A stretch of 64,000 bases of DNA from Ophelia neglecta (lineage: Eukaryota): positions 14,570,001-14,634,000 of the forward strand of contig OZ260664.1 in NCBI GenBank assembly GCA_965285935.1. Reading direction: 5' to 3'. Shown in pieces: positions 56,879 to 64,000 of the stretch. The translations under genes and the position numbers were made by a program. Every line of letters starts with the position of its first letter. Within the stretch, counting starts at the first letter, position 1. The notes beneath the pieces are model-generated. The model was not told the origin of the DNA. It did no database searches and saw only the letters and a list, made by a program, of their open reading frames with translations.

Positions 56879-58639
56879 TGCCGAAAAGAGCGTTAAATTA
56901 ACCAATAATGTTTTTTTGTCAATAATTGACCATTGGTTCCTATATACTTCTGTAAATATAATTCGCTGTCGAGTAAACCATCATTCATGTCCGTTCTCAT
57001 TGTTGCGTTGGGTATTAGCCTTACGTTAAGGAGGCATGGCGTATATTGTTTTACGTGTATATTTGGCTTTGTTTGAATATGGCACCTTTGCTTAAGGTTG
57101 TTATAAAATTTGAGCATATTGTACCCTGTCGAAATATGCCATGGAAGGCTATGAACAATTAACCTGGCAGACGGTCAGTGCGGTTTTCCAATGGAATTTT
57201 CATTAACGCAGCGGTCGAGTCAATTACATTGATTTTTATTTGAAGTCACTGAATAAGTGTTAGTGTGACACCACTTCCATTGCTATTCCCCTGCAAATGA
57301 CTGTGGTTCTGACATCAGTCTAACGGGTTTTCAATAATAGAAACAGACAGCTACCAATATTCATGTATTTTGGCTTACAATTCGAACCCGCTTTTAAGAC
57401 GAAACAGTAATTCTTTACGCCGTGTATTCTTTGACAAGAAAATCACGGGTTTGCATCCACTCAAGGCAACAGCCCAATAATAAAAGAAAATTGATAGTAT
57501 TTAGTTATCGTCTCACTAATACACGTATTGCATCACTCTTACGATGGTCTCTAATGAGCTATGCATACAAGAAAGCCCTCAAATCAGACAATATCATTAC
57601 AGGTAGGTTCATGAGTACGTAGATATCGGTTGATACATCAATTGACCATCTACCCCTTCAGTCGGGACATTTTAATTTTGCTTCTGATATCATTTTAATG
57701 AGTCTTTTAGCCGGTGTTGAATTCACTGTTTGATGTAAATTGTCAATTTTAGCATAGTACGATCATGCTACTTACCTTTGGCCCTTTTTTAGCAGATATT
57801 AGCCTTCTTAGTGTTGACTTATTTGTAACTCAGTCTCTTTTTCCTTTTTAATGATGACCCAACTTACAAAATCATTGCTAACACTAAGCAAAATGATTTT
57901 TATTACTTTTTTTGATAGTACCAACAAGAAAATATAAGAAAAAAGAGAAAACAGTTTACACAAAGGAATCACTATGGAATCACTATAAATACATCACAGT
58001 TGGTCAGGAGACTCTCACTAAGTCTGTATTAGACGCTGCTACGAGAGACACCTTAACTATATTACAAATACTATCGAAATTCACATTAAGTAGAGATGGT
58101 GAAGATTCGTGGCATTTAAATTGTAAGTTATATTTACGTGATCATCATAAGGTGACATCATACTGTCATGATGTTGTCATGGGCCGAGATGCCAGGGACA
58201 CCCACGTCATCGCCCTGTTACTGTCATTGTGTGTCCACGGCAAAACGGCCCATGAGCAAACACAGCTACAGGGTCAATCACCGGGAACCCCCCCCCCTCC
58301 CCCCAGACAACCAAAATAATGTAGGGCATTTTACATGGAGCATTTTACATTTTATCTGCGTATATATGAATAACGCTGAATGTAATATAACGCAATAAAC
58401 ATATACACACATACATACAAAAATACATTTAACAAAAAACACAACACACAGGTATTAGATTATGGAATTGAGAATCGCCCGATACGTTGTTATGGATACT
58501 ATGCGGTTGTACATAAATAGACCTCTGATTGAAGGAATGGAATTGGCTATTTCCAATTATACCAAGTCTTCCAATTAAAACAAAACAACAGCAATCATAT
58601 CCAAGTAAAAGCGCCGAATAATACTAATTAACATGAATA

Positions 58640-58845
58640 GAGAGCGAGGTTTGGCAAGGCCTTCACGTTGATCTTATGATCGCAGGGTCGAGAGTTAGAT
58701 TCGACTATATACTTAAGAAATACGCCAATCGCTTTACTTAAGAACGTCGCCTTGCTCTCGATTGCATCGCCTCAACCCCGGGTGCAAATTGGGTACCCGT
58801 GACGACAAATGACACTGAAATTGTGCTAAGTGCCTTAGCTGATGC
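58640..58845 (+). mobile_element. Degenerate SINE body
   Basis: Degenerate B-box-like region followed by ctcaaccccgggtgcaaattgggtacccg, resembling the ccaggtgtataaatgggtacc core common in invertebrate SINEs. Confidence 0.5.
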
Positions 58846-61800
58846 CATGAGATTAAGGCCCCATTGGGCTATCATTTTATGGTCCCCAACAAATGGCAAA
58901 CGAATGTGTACGATGAAGAGGAGCTAATATGTACACGAGGGTAAGCAGGCTAGCCTGCAACACAACGGAAACAAAATATATCTCATGATGTATTACACGG
59001 CACAACAACTTTTAGGGAATAGATCCATGCCCACAATATGGAATAGTAAAATTCAAGACAATCGTTTCAACACTCTCATTCCGAGTCCAGGTACGCTGTC
59101 ATCGAATTCAATTTCACCACGTTGTAGCCTTATTTTTGTCTCTGGTAGAAACAAAATTGAAGAATGACAGGTGGTCTGATTGGTTCATTTCACTTCCCTT
59201 TCCACTAGTCTGCGCAGCTGATTGTATTCCATTAGAAACTCCGTATTCGTGCTCGAGGACTATTGAACTGCCGAATGGCCTACATAACCTAACTGTATAG
59301 CATCCTCCGATCGTGAATTGTTTTTTTTATCATGATGCACCCTCCCAACGACCTGATTGTCCATAATTAAGTCGGAGGGTAATTGCCAATCCTGTCACGG
59401 CATGCACTGTTTGAAATCAGACAGGGCCAAGGGGCCGTTTTCGACACTGAACACAACCACAGACTTGTCTTTCATCATCATTCGGTCAACCAACTGCTGT
59501 CATAAACATATTTTTACCGAAATAGTTGTATGCAAAAATTGCTCTCTGAATATATATGTCAGAATAGAATGTGTCTTTATCGGTAACTTTGCTCTAGAAG
59601 AAAAAGTAGTGTAGACATAATTAAGCTATGGATCAAGCATATTCCATTGAATCTAGTCGAATTTATACGGGACCGTTAACTGCAGACCCACAAACGTCAA
59701 TGCTCGAATCGATAAACATATACTTGTAACAAAGAGAATGGCAAATATTTCACTTGCTATGAGACCTATTGTTACTTCCTATGGGAAAATATCGGACAGT
59801 CCAATACAGAAAATTCCCGAGGGTTTGATATTTTGCACAGACTATCATGCATTGCCGTATTTGGGAGGTCAACAATGCAACGTTGATGGAAATATAGCAA
59901 ATAGCGATAAATGAAGCCTTGACCATTGAACTGCATTATTTCGAAAGGCATGCTTTTTTTTTCAAATTTTGATTAATTTTAAAGTATTTCTAACTCCTTT
60001 ACAATTAGTTTTATTGTGCTTAGTGGAGCATTCAAATCTTGAATCAGGGTTACATGACACATCTGTGTTATGCTTACTTTGATTGCACAGTGAGTGTACC
60101 TGCAATAAAGGGTTCCACCAGAAAGTATTTTGAGAGCGAAAAAAACGGCTAAAATATTGTTTATTCGTTTTTGTTGGCATATGTAAAGTGATTGCAACTT
60201 CGTTTGTGTTTTCCCTGCCGTGTAAACACACAAGTTGCAGTCTGCGTCGAGCATTAAAGCCATCGATCATAGACCTGGGAGCATAGTTTATTATGGTTGA
60301 TCAAATGACTATCAAGTAGATGGTATTAGCAAATGCGTTTGCTACATTACGAATCATTTCCCAAAGAATTACTCTGGTTGAAAAATCCTTTTGTTTGGTA
60401 AAAAAAACTCCCTTGTTTGAAAAGAATAATTTGTCTTAAATGTTGAATTTTTCCCTCAATGGATTAATGGACTATTCTTTTATACTGATTTTGCTTTTTC
60501 TGCCAAGCGCCCCCCTCGTTCGTTTCCTTCTAGGAATTTTTTTTTGTCTGCAGTGCGGTCAAATATTCTGGTTAATATAAAACAAAACCTATACAACTAG
60601 TCAATCAGTCATCAGTCAGCCATGAATACCGTTCGATCTGTCTTTGGGACAAAATGTATAGATGTATCAATTGTGCATAAAGGAAACATAAATAACAACA
60701 AAATACGATTAAGCTTCCTGCTAAGTAAGACAGGAGGGACTGGGGCTACCCCACGAAGGCTTTAATGTGGTATTTATCATAATGGTGGCTATTAAAAAGG
60801 TTTTAGGCTGATGTCGTGTTCCGCATGAGTGGAACGCGTCATGTCAATCTAACACTGTTCCTCTGCAGGGCAGCTTGCTGAGAATGGATGCATTTAATAA
60901 TTCATTTCGAGGTCAAGTTCTGAACACTAGCCATCCCGTATTATATTGCTTGAAAAGAGAAAACGGGAAACAAGAAAATGTCATGCATGCATGCATAACA
61001 TTATTAAGCCAGAAATTGTATCAACTGTGATTTAATCTGTCATTCAATGCATTCATTCATAGGAATATCATGATTATTATCCAACACAACAACTTGAAGT
61101 TACGTTCAAAATGTTGCATTGTATTTAAAAGCTTATGTATCACTCGGCTAAGTCGGTATGTAGCGATATCTAACACCCTTGGTGTAGATTTGCATTTCAG
61201 GCAATAAAAGTTCGAATTAATATTTATACATATATTATTGACCATTTAATATTGAAAAATTATATCATTGATACTTATACGAACAAACAAAGGTAACTTA
61301 ACTAAAATGTTCATCAGACGTAAGAATTAGATGTGAATTCATTTAGTAAGATATGTTCATGAAGACTACCCAACAGCATTACTTCATTCCATTATCCCTC
61401 AAAATGGACGTGTATAACCTTGTATGACCTTCGTTGATTACATGTCAGTTGGTGGTCTTACAAGGATTAAATCCAAGCTCGTTCCAACCTTTTTTCACTG
61501 AATAATTTGATAAATGCTAGGGGTTTTAAAACATGATCGATGCTTTTATTGAACTAAGACCCCCGGAAATTATTACCCATAAACCTATGTTTATATCCAG
61601 TAAGTTTCAAATTAGCCATTTTATTCCTACGTTATTCATTACCCTTCCCTACGATGAAGTTAGCCTTTCCATCCGGCTGTAAATAACTTTTCTGTCGTGG
61701 TACTATTTCGGAAGTCGTCGATCTCCTGAAGGCAGGTCTTTATGCCCCGCAGAAATCTTGTCAAATTGTTTGGTTGAGATACATTCCATGTAAATAGACA

Positions 61801-62855
61801 AATGAGCAATGTAATTAACTAGCGATACTCTTCCAGTGATCAATAACAAACATGTCACCGTCACTAGTTATATATATATGTTGTAGTACAGTGTTCAATT
61901 TATCAAGCCCCTTGCAGTGCTCCGGTATCAATTGAACATTTGATATTCCAAATTGTACACACTTTCCTCTCAGACCATGATTACTCAAGATATATTCTTC
62001 TAGTTATGCCAACCATTAACTTAATTTATATGGGTGATCGTCTGTACAAAATGGTCGAAATCAGCACATTTGCTGAAGCGAAGATGATAACAAAATAAAC
62101 TCCACTGTTAGCCTATAACATATACTATAAAAGGAGCTGCACAAAAGCATGGAACGAAGTCTTTGTTCAGAACACACGACTGTCAAATGGATTCTAAAGG
62201 GAGGAAGTAGGTCTGACACCTCTCAGATTTTCTAAACCAAGGTTTTGTACTATGAATTGATTTGATATTTAGTTGCTGACAGCTTAATTGAATTGGTCCT
62301 ACCTACTTCCACACTTCACAAATATTTATCTTGCTTTAATGACAAAGGATAAGAAGCGCTCAATAAATTTTTATTTTGCATCAAAGTGTGCTCAAATCTA
62401 CTGAATTCGTTCCAAGAAGGCCAAGCGATATAACAGAAAGCAGACTATTGGCAAGGTGTACGGACTATATATTATATTAAAATAAAATATGTTCTTCTTT
62501 CTCTTCACGGTGTGCACCGAAAACTTTAGCGTCCCACAGGAAGAGCAGTTTATTCCAGTGTTATCCCTAATGATAATGCGTATTAAATTTTAATATTTTC
62601 CCTGTTAGTTTGTCAGCCGACTACTTGATACAATAAACATATGAAATCAATTTGCTTATGTAAATTTAAATCAATACCTGACTTACCCAGAATATACACA
62701 ATAAGTCGAAAGTTGAATACTTCAATATATTTTGGAGATATTCCTCACGGAATTCTGTTGAGTCATATCTCTTTATGTTATTAAGATTGTTGTGACACAA
62801 AGCAGTGTTTTTTAAATTTAAATTTTAAAATCAGTTTACTCTTATTTTCTTCCAG

Positions 62856-62915
62856 TGGCTGTGACAGTTTTACTTGGAATGTTCATGGTTCTCCCCGTAG
62901 GAATGATTTCTATAG
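62856..62915 (+). CDS. TMEM272: TMEM272-like exon, TM1 (xAVTVLLGMFMVLPVGMISIG)
   Basis: Polypyrimidine acceptor cttattttcttccag; hydrophobic helix ending MISIG; non-canonical donor AG|GCAAGT. Confidence 0.82.
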
Positions 62916-63017
62916 GCAAGTATACGAGAAATCGTTGTTTAAATACCCCATTGTTCGATTTCGTTTTGACTGTTGTCGATGGCCTCGTCGTTGATGTTTT
63001 AAACCTCTTTTCTACAG

Positions 63018-63124
63018 GTGTCAAATACTTGATGGAGTGTCCGAGGCAACCCAAGATACCCATATACTTACTAGTTGGAGGATGTTTTGGACTCCTCAAA
63101 CTTTTATCCATGCTGTGGAAACAG
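63018..63124 (+). CDS. TMEM272: TMEM272-like exon (GVKYLMECPRQPKIPIYLLVGGCFGLLKLLSMLWKQ)
   Basis: G..YL..CP.QP.IP.YLLVGG is the TMEM272 family signature; acceptor ctcttttctacag, donor CAG|GTACTT, phase 1 to 0. Confidence 0.9.
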
Positions 63125-63411
63125 GTACTTTTTGGCTAGTCGGCTTCTAAGAAGATATATTTTATACAACCATGTGTCTCATTGCTGATCGTTATGTCAT
63201 AATAATGGTAAAGATATATGCAAAGCATTATATTAACTGATAAATTAGCGCTATCAAGAAATTTCTATTCATTATTAAACTAGTATTTATTGAAATCGAG
63301 GCAGGATATATTTTCTCATTATAGGCTGGCCCATATAGGCCTTTTTAAACCTACAGCGGAAATCCAAGCGACAATTTCAATTTTTGGGTTTTTTTGAAAT
63401 ATCAAATGTTG

Positions 63412-63470
63412 TTGGGACTTGGCTGGGACTCGAACCCACAACCCTTGAGGTACCATCCACTAGTTTTGAA
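63412..63470 (-). mobile_element. tRNA-derived SINE head fragment
   Basis: Minus strand AAGGGTTGTGGGTTCGAGTCCCAGCCAAGT contains a Pol III B-box; near copy at ~15720. Confidence 0.6.
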
Positions 63471-63929
63471 ACCTATGCCGCATACTATGCTCGCCATGTC
63501 GGTAATATCAAAATGCAAATTCTCGTCGTCAATCTGTCGATTGAAACTGCTATTGGTTTGCTGAGAACTGAGACTGAGGTCCGTGCTCAATACAAAGGTT
63601 AACACATAGAAGCTCTTTCACACCGAGCTTGTAAATAGGCCAACCACTTAAGTAAAGTGCACAAAAATTGAATTGAATCAAACCTTATTTCACAATGTTG
63701 TCAGTGTTCATTGGCTTTGGTGCATATGCGTTTTCCCGTTTTGGCCTCCTTGCTGAGCCTGTATACGAATCGCTATACGATTAGATGTTTTGCTTAACAC
63801 GGACAATCCTATTTCAGTTCCCTGTGGCTGTTTGTTTCACTGGCAAGAGATACCATACAACTAAAAATACAAATCGCAACCTGCGTTTATTGCCTGAATC
63901 CAGGAATAACTATATTTGTTTCTTTTCAG

Positions 63930-64000
63930 GTCCGATCACGGCGATACGAGAGATTGGACGAGATTTACGACACGGACGAAGACCATGGTGACATTATGGT
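63930..64000 (+). CDS. TMEM272: TMEM272-like exon, truncated by window end (VRSRRYERLDEIYDTDEDHGDIM...)
   Basis: Acceptor tttgtttcttttcag, phase 0 continues the frame; charged loop expected after TM2. Confidence 0.75.

Noticed and set aside
57912-58398. 135-aa and 76-aa plus-strand ORFs
   Set aside because: No recognisable domain or convincing splice context; the longer ORF starts at a non-ATG codon and its Pro-rich end comes from a C-run.
338-61245. Remaining 60-125 aa ORFs in the track
   Set aside because: Length and composition are as expected by chance in AT-rich intronic DNA; many start at non-ATG codons.
63412-63470. tRNA gene
   Set aside because: Only a B-box/T-arm-like part is present, with no full cloverleaf; treated as a SINE head.

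Overview
AT-rich, gene-poor eukaryotic DNA, most like a marine invertebrate (inferred); nothing prokaryotic was seen. One spliced plus-strand gene is recognisable, a TMEM272-like membrane protein. Its exons lie at about 5434-5574 (tentative), 16937-17102, 62856-62915, 63018-63124 and 63930 to the window end, with a 102-nt GC-AG intron and an inferred ~45.7-kb intron (17103-62855). That large intron holds a head-to-tail, same-strand array of about six heavily decayed Toll-like-receptor pseudogenes (~25.6-54.4 kb) that the ORF track misses. Several retain the order LRRs, LRR-CT, TM, TIR, TIR, a twin-TIR architecture. One unit is interrupted by a 5'-truncated LINE (30996-33400, minus strand) enclosed by three nested pairs of direct repeats. 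The window also has a Tc1/mariner-type MITE, tRNA-derived SINE fragments, a four-copy dispersed repeat and several tandem duplications. TLR calls come from manual translation across stops and frameshifts and need HMM confirmation; boundaries are approximate.
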